From contig NC_045696.1 of assembly GCF_009834535.1 (NCBI RefSeq), positions 25,794,001 to 25,858,000 of the forward strand: DNA of 64,000 bases. Direction: 5' to 3'. Positions 14,101 through 26,064 of this stretch are shown here, piece by piece. The translations under genes were made by a program, and so were the position numbers. Under the pieces are notes generated by a model, which saw only the letters and a program-made list of their open reading frames with translations, did no database searches and was not told where the DNA came from. Positions within the stretch are counted from its first letter, which is position 1. The number at the start of each line of letters is the position of its first letter. Source of the stretch: Camelus ferus. Taxonomy: Eukaryota.

Positions 14101-14898
14101 GGTGCAAAACTACTATTCTCAGTAGTAAAATATATGTAAGGGTAGGTCAAAGTGGCTGTTTTAATCTTTCCTCATTTTACATACTCATCAGTCTTCTCAG
14201 AGAAGAATTTTATCAGTACCCTATTCAAGGTGTTTTAATCATCTAGTGGGGACACTGTTCTAAAAATCTGTGACATTTATTAACTCATTAGCTGTTACAA
14301 AAACCAGTAAGTGTAAGGAAACTGATAACAGTCTCAACAACTTGTAGATGAGTCCTGTGAATTTTGATACACATGAGGCTATTTAAATTTATATTTTTTT
14401 CTTTTTACACAAAAATGACGAGAAAGCAGGGAAAATTTGATTTGAATGGGTAATGAAAATGGGAGCTTCTAGAAACCATACACATTGTGACCATAAATAT
14501 TATTTAATGTTTACAATAAATGAATATATATCCCAGAGCATTGGTCATTAAAACATTTTTCATGGCATTTTCTCTTGAGAAGGGCTAAGTATCATGTATT
14601 ACTTCACAAAGAGGTCCTAGGGGAACAAGTTCTTTTTTCACTGCTTCATAGTGCTTTAAGTTGTCTACTTAAATATTCTCCACAGAATTGTCCCCTAAAT
14701 GATCCTGAGAAAAATATATGATTTTAATAATGTATCTGTTTAGAGGGCATTTGGAAAGATTCTATAATGTATCATCTGCACTTCTGAGGTACACAAGTAA
14801 GAGAGATGTGTTTGGAAACTAAGCAGAAGCTTATTTTAAGAGATGAAAAAAATGTAGTGCTTGCTGGTGATTTCATCTTTTTTTTTTTTTGCAAAAGA

Positions 14899-14998
14899 TT
14901 TTTTTTTAAATTGAAGTATAGTCGGTTGCAGTGTGTCAATTTCTGGTGTACAGCATAATGTCCCAGTCATGCATATACATACATATATTCATTTTCAT
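14899..14998 (-). mobile_element. Young camelid-type L1 3' end, 5'-truncated
   Basis: polyT then aattgaagtatagtcggttgcagtgtgtcaatttctggtgtacagcataatgtcccagtcatg. Homologous to the L1 tail at 44400-44500. Confidence 0.88.
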
Positions 14999-15530
14999 TT
15001 TCAAGGTCAAAAACACAGTTACGGATACACAGCAAGGTCCTTTCTGAAGAAATAGAAATGACTGTAACAAGTGGTGTAATGATTGTTTCTAACACAAGTC
15101 CTATTGATCTGATGTAACCTTTTCTTTCTATCTCATAATGATGTATTTGAGTCTCAGTAAACTTCACTGCCACTTTGTATTTGCAAGATAGCTGGAAAAT
15201 ATCCTGAATATTTATTTTACTCCCTTAAAATGAGGGAAGCATGGCAGTAGATTTCAAATTTAAACCAAAAAAAAAAAAAAAAAAAAGGAAATTGAGTTGA
15301 ATGTATTCAAGGAATAAGAAATTGGTTAGAATTGAGGTAGGCAAATCTAATGATGATTAAGTGAGGGAAAAGAAGTCGAGGCTATAAAAATAGGCTAGAT
15401 GAGGAAAGCTATTGTTTAACACAAAAGTTGCTTTTAAATTCAGTTTGTAAAGTAAAACTATAAAATTAAAACTCAGTGAAGTTTATCAGCAGTGGCTATA
15501 ATTACAAAGGTACTTTAGTTAAAAATTGCA

Positions 15531-15675
15531 CAGGGACTTAAATTCCATATCTTGTAATAACCTATGGTGAAAAAGAATATGAAAAAGAATATATATATAT
15601 GTATAACTGAATCCCTATGCTGTACACCAGAAACTAACACATTTTAAATAAACTGTACTTCAATTTAAAAAAAAA
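15531..15675 (+). mobile_element. Young L1 3' end with TSD
   Basis: cagggac...tatcttgtaataacctatggtgaaaaagaatatg...tatgctgtacaccagaaactaacaca...cttcaat then polyA. Flanked by taaaaattgca at 15520-15530 and 15676-15686. Confidence 0.9.
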
Positions 15676-15949
15676 TAAAAATTGCAATTCTCCAAGATCT
15701 TTAAAATATGTGCTATTACTGTTTCCAAATTTGAAGGATTTTTTTGCATTCTCCGAAGTCATTAATGAATTATTTAAATAGAAAATATTTTGACCAACAA
15801 TGCATACAATGTATACATGAGAATGTTAAGTTTTCAAAAAAGGTAATAAAGAACCCAACACGTTTCTAATTAATCTCTAAGAAGATTTTTTCAAGCACAA
15901 GTAAAATTTGCCATGAAGTTTTCAGATTATAGAACTAAAAGCCGATTAG

Positions 15950-16120
15950 GTGAGCAGAATGGATAAGACAGTGAACACTAGACATAAGACTCAAGTTTCT
16001 TAGGCTGATTGAGTCACGAGCTTTGTGACTTGGGCAAATTACTTCTCTGCATTTGCCTTCTTTTCTGTGATGAAAAATAACTGAGTTGGGTGCTGCCCAA
16101 ATTTCTTAAATTACTAAGAG
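15950..16120 (+). mobile_element. MIR/MIR3 fragment
   Basis: gctttgtgacttgggcaaattacttctctg core. Confidence 0.55.
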
Positions 16121-18599
16121 TCCTCGTGATATAACAGCTCCTATCCCCAAATCACGACTGAAAAGTTTTTAGTTCTAGTGATACAATAATGCTTATATTC
16201 AGAAATAAGATACAGTAAATAAGGAAATCATATTTATTTCCTTTCTGAAGTAATGATTCTCTTTCTGATAGTTTTTTAAAATAATAAAAATGACGAGGAC
16301 AACATAAATTGTCCAAGAATGTCTATCAAAGGACATAAGTTGTTTAGAAGGCTAAAATTCCACTTGGTGGATAGAATAATTTACAAACCTGTCCACTTTA
16401 TCAGCACATAATAATCAGTACCCAATTAACTTCCTAGATGTTCTTATAATTCTCAGTCGATAACTGCTAATTGCTCTATTTTCCAATTAATGATTCCTCA
16501 ATTAATGACACAAATGCAACTTCAAAAAGAAGTGAATATTGTCACATCAGAAACAAACTTACAATTGTTTCAGAAGAGGATAATTTATAGATAAAACTTC
16601 TGTTTGACTGAACTAAAGCTTATTAGGCAGTGTATATTCAACCTTAGGCAATGAAGCCTTTTAAACAAAAAAAAAATTTTTTTTTTCTGAATTGGGATGA
16701 GGGGACTATTATGACAAATTACTACTTTCACTCTTTACTCTGAGATATCTCAGTTGAAATAGAGAAATGCAATGATATAATCCAGAACCCAGGCAGCTAA
16801 GATTACATTCTTTGTACTGCAGGAGTTTGAAAAAAATAGGTCCTATGTGTCCAAAGGGCACACAGATAACTTCTGAGTAACTCAAACATAAACAGGAAAG
16901 AAATTTGATAGAAAACCTTGGTGGTGGTCCAGAGTAGGTCTAATTACTGCCACTCCTTGTGAAAGATTTTTGAATTAATAGGATGGGAGGACAAAGGAAA
17001 TGGCAAAGCACGATGGACCTTCCGACTCTATAATCTGAAACCTTGACCCTCTTGCAAAACTGGCCTCTCCCCATGAAACTGCCTGAGTTGATGTATGAAT
17101 GAGTATTTTATGTGGTGGGAGAGGTGTTAAAAGAGACATTTCTCTGGTCATTTTACTTGTGTGGAAGATCATCATTATGGAGGGAGTCAGGCTCTCCGTC
17201 CTCATGAAAGCATGCAAGGCATTCTAAGGGCATAGCCATCAATTACTCGCCGGTGCTAATTTAAGTAAGAAGTATTTGGATCTGGTATTTAGCATCATTT
17301 AGGGGCATGTTTCCACCTGCATTATTTGTATGTCTTTTATATATGAATACTTCTTTAAATATTATTTCTACGTATTATCAATACTAAAATAAAGGCAAGA
17401 AATCCATGACTGAATATCTTAAGGGCAATTTTTTATTACAAAGATAGTTTAAATATCTTAAAAGATTTTTAAAGACAGATTAAATCCGGTGAATAAATAA
17501 ATCAATGCATTGTGTGTGTTTAAATAGATCCATTGTATTCTGCCCAGAATTGTGGCAGTTACTGCAATTCAGCCACTCACTTCTTGGGCCACTGTAGGCC
17601 TCTTCTGACCTCTCTCACTCTTGAAGATTGTAAATGAAAAGTGGATTGAAATCCATTTGGGTTCCTGATGTAATTTTGTGAAATAAAATAATGATATAAA
17701 AGGGAAAACTTTTACCGAAGCATTTTGTACGGGGAGCACATACATTCATGGGAACCTCTTAAGTATGTATATTCATGGGAATCGCTAAAGTGTATCCTCT
17801 GTTGCTTGGAGCATGCCGCAAAGGTTAACTCCCCACACCCAGCCCCAAGGTTATCAGCATTACACAGAGATCCTTACTAAGTGCCTCATGAATTTACCAC
17901 CAAGAGTAAAAGTCCTTCCATGTTGGCTAACCTTTTAGAAATCAAACGCAAGAATGGACCATAAACTCAGAATTTTCCTACTCAAATATACATGAGAGAA
18001 TAGCAGAGAAAAACTTAGTCTCTGCTTAGTATTGGCATTCATTAGCACGTTATCTTTTTTTTATTTTTTAACATCATGTATAACCATGATGTGTATCTAC
18101 TACAACATCAGGAGTGTTTGCTTTTCTCAAGAACCACAAGAGAAATAATACTTGGTTCTTGGTGCCAAGAAAATCAGGCATTGCTTCTTAGTAGTTAGTA
18201 GTTTTTTACTTAATTTTTACTCAATATTATATATTTCTCTTTTAGAGTTGGTTGGAGGCTGAGGGTAGCGATTGAAACAAATTTATACTATTATACGGGA
18301 CGTTTTGCCATACATTTTGACATGCTGATATTGTGTTGACTATATCAAGATCAAGGAAAAAAGAGATAATATTGCACTTATTTTAGTAAGTTTTCTCAGT
18401 TTGGTTATACAGCAAGGTGATAGGTGCACATGTTGGAAGAAGAGAAAGCAAAGAGTAAGAATTTCAACAGATGAAAAAATCAGGGGAATTGTCTTCTAAG
18501 AAAAGAAGGAGGCAGGAGCAGCCTTACGTTCTCACTGAGGAGAGGGTCTTCTTGTATCCAGTGGGCTTTGCCACTGCCAAATTGAGGTAGCTATAAATG

Positions 18600-18885
18600 G
18601 GAACAGAAACCTAATCCCTCTAAATTTCAATATAAGTTTTTCAGAGAAAACTTCCCTCCCCTCTTTTAAGATACCTATTTGTAGCTCTGTTAATGTTGCA
18701 CTTTCTGCTTCCATAGTATTAATCATGGTTTGTAGCCTTATTTTTATGTATCATTGATCTCACCCACCCGACTGTGGGTTCCATGACAAGAGGGGTAGTA
18801 CCTGTTTTATTGACCACTTTATTTCTGGTGCTTCGCCATGTGTAGCAAATAATTTGACATATATGCTTGAAATATATGAATGATG
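18600..18885 (+). mobile_element. L2 3' end
   Basis: ctcacccacccgactgtgggttccatgacaagagg...tgcttgaaatatatgaatga tail. Confidence 0.65.
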
Positions 18886-19049
18886 TGTCTTCTGTGTACC
18901 AAGAAACCCATTATAAAAGCTTAAGGACAGAATATGAAATGATTCCAGCCTAAGTACCATTATGGGTAAGGGCTTAAAGGATGGAGAGAATGGCTTTAGT
19001 GAGACGGCTCTGTGACTTCCACATACTTTCCTGCTTGTAGTGAGGGTAC

Positions 19050-19429
19050 TGTCTCAGACAGTCTAAGCCTGCTATGATAAAAAAAAAACAAACACACACA
19101 GATGGAGTGGCTTAAACAAGAAGCATTTATTTCTCACAGTTCTGGAGGCTGGGAGTCTGAGATCTAGGCACCAGCCAATCTATTGTCTGATGAGGACCAT
19201 CTTCCTAGTTTGCTGACAGCCATCTTCTCTATTGTATCCTCCAATGGTGAAGAACAGAAAGAGGGAGCAATCTCTATCATGTCAATTCTTATAAAGGCGC
19301 TAATCTCATTAATGAGAGCTCCACCCTTATGACCTAATTATCTACCAGTACCTCCTGATAGCATCACATTGAGGGTTAGGATTTCAACATGTGAGTTTTA
19401 GAGAGGACACAAACATTCAATCCAAAACA
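19050..19429 (-). mobile_element. MLT1A-type MaLR solo LTR
   Basis: TG...CA ends. Diagnostic atttatttctcacagttctggaggctgggagtctgagatc and ttaggatttcaacatgtgagtttt...ggacacaaacattca. Confidence 0.9.
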
Positions 19430-20543
19430 GGTTTAGAATTGGTTGTAAAATGTTAAAGTTACTAGCGGTTCTTTTGAATAAACACAGAGTAGCTTTAACA
19501 TTCTCATCTTTTACTGGAGCTGTTGATGTGCATTACACAGATACATGCACCTGAATGAGACATGTTTTTGCAGGAATCTTAGATGTGGTTAACAAAGCCT
19601 AATAAAAGAAAATAAAATTGTTAGAAAATGCAAATAAAGGAGACTTTAGAGACATGCATTTTTGTGCATTAAATATAATTTTTGTGAGCCTGATCATATG
19701 TAAAAAATGCATGTGAAGTAGTAGCCAAAGTGATTTTTATATGGATATTTGAAATTAAATAAAAAAGAACAAATAATCTAGCACCAAAACATTTCCTTCT
19801 AAAGGTTGTTGAAAAGAAAAGGGAAAAAGAATCCAAAAGAATTCTTTGAGTTCACACAGAAGTGTGAAAATAAGAGGTCCTGCCTCCGACACTGCTATTA
19901 TAAGCCACTGTATACTTTTTTTCAATTAATAGAGGTTTATAATAATGAAAATACTGATCTATTTGAGGAACAGTTTCTAGATTAATTTTCTAGTTATTTG
20001 TTGAGTGATCTTCTGTGAAGACACCATATTGACTAGAAAAGCAGGTATGCCTTAGCTTGAAAAAGAGGCCTTTAAATTTTAGTGGCTCTTTAGGGCACTC
20101 ATTGATAATGACTGACTGACTAACGGAGGCTGGGATCCATGGACAGAGTGGTATCCATACCCAGAAGAAAGAACGCTGCAGCTGGGCTTTAGTGCTGTAA
20201 TGTTTCTGCTTCATTTTTATGTTCAACGTATGGTAATCAAAAGCCCCATTAAGATAAAGAATGAAGTCTGGTAGTCTGTTGCTTACTATGCACTGGCATC
20301 ATTGCTTTTTGCTTTTTCAGTAATGGTGATTTCTCTTCTGTCAAGAATTATAGACTTTTCCAAGGAAATTCTTACCTTGAGAGGATCCAGAAATTGCAGT
20401 ACCTTCAGGCAACACTTTAACATGGATACAAAAAAAAAAAAAATTGACATTCTTACTGACAAGAAAAATGATTGATAAGTATATGCTGAGAAAATTGTGA
20501 AAACATTAGGAAACCCAAGAAAACTATTCAGTGGAATCAGCTC

Positions 20544-20571
20544 TATGCAAATGAATACCAACATTTGCATA
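20544..20571. promoter_or_regulatory. Inverted pair of perfect octamer (POU) motifs
   Basis: ATGCAAAT at 20545-20552 and ATTTGCAT at 20563-20570, in non-repeat sequence. Confidence 0.4.
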
Positions 20572-21020
20572 TTTCCTTTTCCTGCTTCATACATTAAGAG
20601 GCCCCAGGTGGTGCTGAAACAAGAGTGCAGTTTGTTCTGGGATTCTGTAACAATTTGTGTCTTTTGCTCCTTCACCAGCTGTGTCAAATATGGCAAATGA
20701 TGGCTGCTGGGGCCTTCTCATTGAAGAAAAACATTTCTTTAAAAAAAAAAAATCTGGCCCCTGACAGTCATGTAAGTGGAAAATATCTGGTGATTTAGAA
20801 AACCATGACTTAGATCTTAAATGCAGGGTTTTACTCTAAGGGAAAACCTGGTTCCTTATTGCTTTGGAAAACATGAGCATGTATGAAGTTAAAAAGTTAA
20901 GTAATTAAGGGGAGCTAAAGCACTGGAAAGGAGAGAAGAAAGGATCACAGAAGAGAGTACTGTGTTATCTTCTCTAGATATTAAGATGAAAAGAAGTGAA
21001 AACTTCTTACTTACCTATTT

Positions 21021-21145
21021 CTTTTCTTGGAGGGGGAGGTAATTAGGTTTATTTATTTATTTATTTTAGTAGAGGTCCAAGAGATTTAACCTAGACCTCA
21101 TGCATGATGGACATGCACTCTACCACTGAGCTGTACCCTGCAGCC
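21021..21145 (-). mobile_element. Camelid tRNA-derived SINE (vic-1-like), long form
   Basis: Reverse complement reads gggtacagctcagtggtagagtgcatg...gaggtctaggttaaatc...(taaa)n cctaattacctccccc. TSD tacctattt at 21012-21020 and 21146-21154. Confidence 0.85.
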
Positions 21146-21198
21146 TACCTATTTATTCTAATCAAGAAAACTGGACGTGCAAGATTTTGTATGTCCAT

Positions 21199-22400
21199 CA
21201 AGGATGATTACATAATTTGTAGAGCCCCTTGCAAAATGAGAATGTGGATACCCTTGTTCAAAAAACAGGAAAAAAATACGGTCCAATGTAGAAGATATGA
21301 AGCAATTTTTTTTAAAGTATTTTATTGCTTACAAAGCATGATGGGGTAGCACACGAGTAATAACTTATAAATTGCAAAATGTATTTTTGGTGTCATAATT
21401 TTATCAAAGACAGTAACGCTATGCTAATATGATACCATAATTGATCATAAGATATTTCTGGCTCACTTTCCTATGACTTTATTAATTCATCAAAATTTAC
21501 ACTTTTAACAACTTGATTTTCAATCAACATTATTAAAAATGGTAGTTGTTTGATGTCACTTGTAGGCAAATGTTTGATAGCAAACAATTTTGATAATTCT
21601 TATTTAGAAGTATTCTGATAACACAACTGAAACTCTTAAGAATATTTTATAGACTGCAAATGTTGGAATAAATTTCTTATAAATTATTTCAAAATATAAG
21701 TTCTAGTTCGTACGGAGCTGTTGATTTTCATGGAAAACTTTTTCTAGAAAGATTTATCTCTTCATATGAATCAATTTCATATTAGTCTGAATTTAATTTT
21801 AAAAGCAAATTTATATGACGGCGTTTTCATGTTTCCTCTGACATTTCCTCTAACTTATAGGCTCATACAGGAAACCAAAAATGAATTTATTATTTGTAAA
21901 TAATTCAGAGCACTAGTTTATGTGTTCTATAACTGCATTTTTAACTGCAAGGAAAAAATGTCAATCATCCTTTCTCTTAATTGATTCAAAACTTGATATT
22001 GAAATAGTGTTCTTTTGTACTGATCATCATATTTACATTTAATTTATATTTTTAAGCTTATGGCTATTTACTTTGCAATGATGCAACAGTTTTTAAAACG
22101 AGATTCTGAGCTTTTTGAAGAATTCTGATAACTCCATGATGCCTTATTACCATGTCATAGGTATGCAGTTATTTTGTAGTAATTTACCAACAAAGTTTAC
22201 TGCCTGAGTAGTTATCTTTTCTAAATAGTAATATGAACAGAAAAAGAAACTTCCCATTTACCTTAATTTTTTAATTTTTAAAATTTACTTAAATTAAGAA
22301 AATTAGACACGGAAGACTGTGATCAGGAATGGCTACATAATTCGTAACGCCCAGTGCAAAATGGAAATGTGGAGCCCTTTGTTCAAAAAGCAGAGAAAAA
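21199..22400 (-). mobile_element. hAT-Tip100 DNA transposon relic (Zaphod/MER115-like) with decayed transposase
   Basis: Terminus tacataatttg...gcaaaatgagaatgtgg...cccttgttcaaaaa. Minus-strand translation near 21455-21690 gives EIYSNI / AVYKIFL and IMLIENQVVKSVNFDELI, resembling the hAT C-terminal dimerisation domain, with stops and frameshifts. Confidence 0.75.
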
Positions 22401-22551
22401 CTGCAGTAATCCAAAGTCCAGTGAATTTAGGGAAATCTTGCCAACAAATGTATCATTTGGTTTCAGCTATTTCATTTTTTCTCTGATTTAAGATTTTTTT
22501 TCTTCTCTTTTTTTTTTTGAGAAGAAAAAGCCTAGCTTAAAGTTTTAACGT

Positions 22552-22901
22552 TATAATAGAAAATAGAGTAGATCTCTAGAAATTATTCATCTTGCATTTT
22601 TTAAAAAAGCTTTATACCCATTGAATAACAATTCCCCATTTCCTCCTCCCCTCAACCTCCAGCAACTATCATTCTATTCTCTATTTTTATGAGTCTGACT
22701 ATTTTAGATACCTCATTTAAGTGGATTTATGCAATATTCATCCTGCTGTAACTGACTTATTTCACTTAGCATGTCTTCCAGTTTCATCCATGTTTTCACA
22801 AATAGATGAATTTTTTCTAAGTCTATTATATTTACACATATGTATGTATAAATATTATATATATATATATACACCACAATTTATCCATTGATCTGTTATG
22901 G

Positions 22902-22946
<45 letters not shown>

Positions 22947-23026
22947 TACATATGTGTATAAACCACATTTTCTTTATCCATTCAACTGTTGATGGACATT
23001 TGGGTAGTTTCCATATCTTGGCTGTA
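22552..23026 (-). mobile_element. Old L1M (L1MA/MB) ORF2-end/3'UTR segment, inverted part
   Basis: tagatacctcatttaagtgg, gacttatttcacttagcat and ttgatggacatttgggtagtttccatatcttggct. ORF 22855..23049 encodes the ORF2-like AKIWKLPKCPSTVEWIKKMW. Confidence 0.88.
22904..22942. repeat. (CA)n microsatellite inside L1M
   Basis: Perfect AC run of about 19 units. Confidence 0.95.
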
Positions 23027-23047
23027 AAACATGGTACCTGTGGTACC

Positions 23048-23298
23048 ATGGTATTCTGTACTTTAAAAATATTAAGAAGCTAGATCTCATATTAAATATC
23101 CTTACCACAAAACACACACATACACACACAGCCCAAAGAACACAGGGAAATTTTTGGAGATAATGGGTATGTTTTAGTATCTTGATTATAATGATGGTAT
23201 CACAGGGATATGCATACATCCAAATTCATCAAGCTGTATACATTAAATGTATGTGATATTTTGTATATCAGTTACAGTCAATACAGCTTAAAAAGAAA
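23048..23298 (+). mobile_element. Old L1M terminal 3'UTR, sense part
   Basis: tagatctcatattaaatatccttaccaca...tttggagataatgggtatgtt...catcaagctgtatacattaaatg. Confidence 0.85.
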
Positions 23299-24439
23299 TG
23301 ACATTTATTCGAAAGTGACACTTGAAGAAGTTAAAACTCACTTCTTTTAGCTTATTCATAAGACATTCACAAAAAGAGATAGTTTAGAAAAATATAATGA
23401 ATATGCTGTCATCATTTAGATCAGATTTCATCTAAGAAGAAAAACTGGGTTAACTTTTTGAAACTTTTGGTCAATAGAAACAACTTGTTTTTCTTGTATA
23501 CAGAATTGAAGTATAAAAGTTCACCTTTTCCTGGTCTCAGTTTGAAATGTTAACTGCATGGTTTCATCTATAGATCAGCAATCCTTAAATTCATAACATA
23601 CAATAACCTGCAAAGTTGTTTTCATCATGCTGTGTCTACTGCACTAAGCTAATACTTTTGAAATTTGAATGCACCCCAAATACTTAGTCTTTCAAAGCTG
23701 TATCTTACTTGAAACATTACATAGGAATGCAACATGCTTTTTAACACTAATGTGTATTCTATTTTAAAAGTTTACATATTGCATATGATCAAAATCAGTA
23801 TCAATTAATTGAAATTACTAGGTTTATTGAAAAGAAGATGAGGAGTGATATAAAATATATTTTCAAACCAGTACTCAATTAAGTTTTGATTGTGAAAGAG
23901 ATAGACAAATTTAAATAGAATGAGTTTTAAATAAAAATGCAGTACCCAAAGTGAAAGCTAAAACACAGCAATGGTTTTAATAAAGACTCATTAAAAACTG
24001 TGATTCTTGGCAAGCATATCCATTACTACATTAAACTATAAAATCTGTATGTTCAGAGGGCAAACAGTATTCTCTTTGTTAAGCCAGAAATTGAAAAAAA
24101 AAAAAAAAAAAACCTATTTCAAGCAGCACTAATAAATTTTTAGTGAGTCCTTTCAAGTATCTTGCCAAAACATTAGACAGGTTTAGGGGAACACTTGGCT
24201 GCAAATTGATACATAATAAATTGATTGATGTCATCACTTGAATATATACTTTCTATGGTCTGTGATTTAGGATGTATTACAGTTGGATATGTGTTGGACC
24301 CGTCAATCATTCCTCTTGTGAATTTAGTTTAATTATAAACAGTAAATGGGAAAAGAATTAGTACATGAGGAATATCCGTTATCAGAGTATCCAGTTTTTT
24401 CCATGTACAACCTCAACTATTTGCAATGGTAATTTTAAA

Positions 24440-24545
24440 ATCATTGAATGTTTTTTATATGCCAAACACTATTCTTAGCACTTGAGATACTTCAGTAAAC
24501 AAAAATAGAGCACAAATCAATCCCAAGATTGTCATATTGCTGTAA
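24440..24545 (-). mobile_element. L2a 3' fragment
   Basis: attgaatg...tatatgccaaacactattcttagcacttgagatacttcagtaaacaaaa. Confidence 0.7.
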
Positions 24546-25072
24546 TAGTTCTAAAAGAAGATAGAATCATATCTGACTTTCTAGAATTATGAAATTCTAT
24601 AAGCTGGGGTAATTATCCAAAATTTTTATTTTAAAATGTGATGAGGTTTTGAGTATGTATATACTAGAAGAATCACATGATTTTCTACAAAGCAGAATGA
24701 AATAAAGTCCAAAATACTTTTCTATGAATAAATAGAAATACAAATAAAATGGAGTTACAGCAGATCAACTACTGTAGAAAGCGTAATGTGCAAGGTATAA
24801 TGGAGACTGGGAAGTATAGGTAGAAGGAGACATAATCCTGCACTCAGGTAGTTCAAAAATCCACTCTTCTACTAACCCATTGCTTCAAGAACACAAGGAG
24901 GAAATAATAATCTAATAATCGTAGCTTTAGGTATATCTTGGCAAAAGTGATAAAACTGAGGCCAAGTCCAAAGCATTAAACAAAAAGAACTTCTCACCTT
25001 TGTTCTTGAAGCATGAGAAGGGTAAGGAGGAGATGCGATTTTGAAATGGAGATTGCTTATTTTAGGAGAGAA

Positions 25073-25513
25073 TATAGTGGGCCAGGAAGACTTCCTTTGG
25101 AATGCAAAGTGAAGACCTCTTTTATCCATCTCAGCCTGTTTGGAACAGGGGATACCATTTGTCTCAACATCTCACAGAGTTTGAAAGGCAGAAGCCTGGG
25201 GTCATTCCTCATCATTTCTCCCACCCCCAGGTCTCAATGGACAGGTTTTTGAGCCAGGAGCCTTCCAGAGACCCAAGACTCCTTGTAAGGGCCCCACTCT
25301 CTACATAGAGCTTTCGTACAGTGCTGTGCATTGAGCTGCTACTGCTTCTTGTAGGCACTGAGACTAGGCTTTCCAGCTTCCCTGACAGAGAGCAGAAGTA
25401 ACATGTTCTCAGTCTATTCATGATCAGGAATTTGTTTTTGCCCCTTGTCAAGATAACTCAGTGAAATAAAGCTTTGTTTCCTGAAGAACACAGTAATAGT
25501 GAGGATGTTTACA
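25073..25513 (+). mobile_element. Probable old ERV(L) solo LTR, family not assigned
   Basis: GC-richer block of about 440 bp. Starts tatagtgg (degenerate TGTAGTGG), has AATAAA at 25465-25470 and ends tttaca. Confidence 0.45.
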
Positions 25514-26064
25514 TTTGTTTCTGTTTCTGGATGTTGCACAGTTGCTTCTGGCATAAAGGTCAGAGTCTGAGGGCTTCGTTCCTTCTGCTGCTCCCAGGGT
25601 TTCTATCTCCATCCAGGTATAAAGAGGCTTCTATGACAGAGACAAAGCTTAACTCACTCAGAGTTACCCAAAATCTGGATCATTGCTGGTGGCTCAGAGG
25701 GAATGGCTGCCTGCCATTTAGCTTCTGAACACCATTATCGTCCTTTCTGAAAACAAATAATATTCCCTCACAATGTTCTACTTTGGAAAGTCAATCTCTG
25801 TGTTTTTAATTTAACTGTGATTGCTTCAAAATGTACACATGTATGTAAACAGACAACTACAAGTATATTATAGCTAAAAAGGCATATGGATACATACGTG
25901 TGTGTATATATATATATAAGATTATTATAAGTAATAATATATAGTGCCTAGTCATCAAATAGGATCTATCCAAACTCAGTGATCTGAAGGAAATGACCAC
26001 ACTGAGAAAAGGAAGATGTTGATAGCTTTAGCCCCTTTTTTGGTTTTCAGTCAGAGTTCTTCTG

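Noticed and set aside
20286..20696. 136-aa minus-strand ORF
   Set aside because: Non-ATG start, crosses a homopolymer run giving poly-Phe, and has no recognisable domain.
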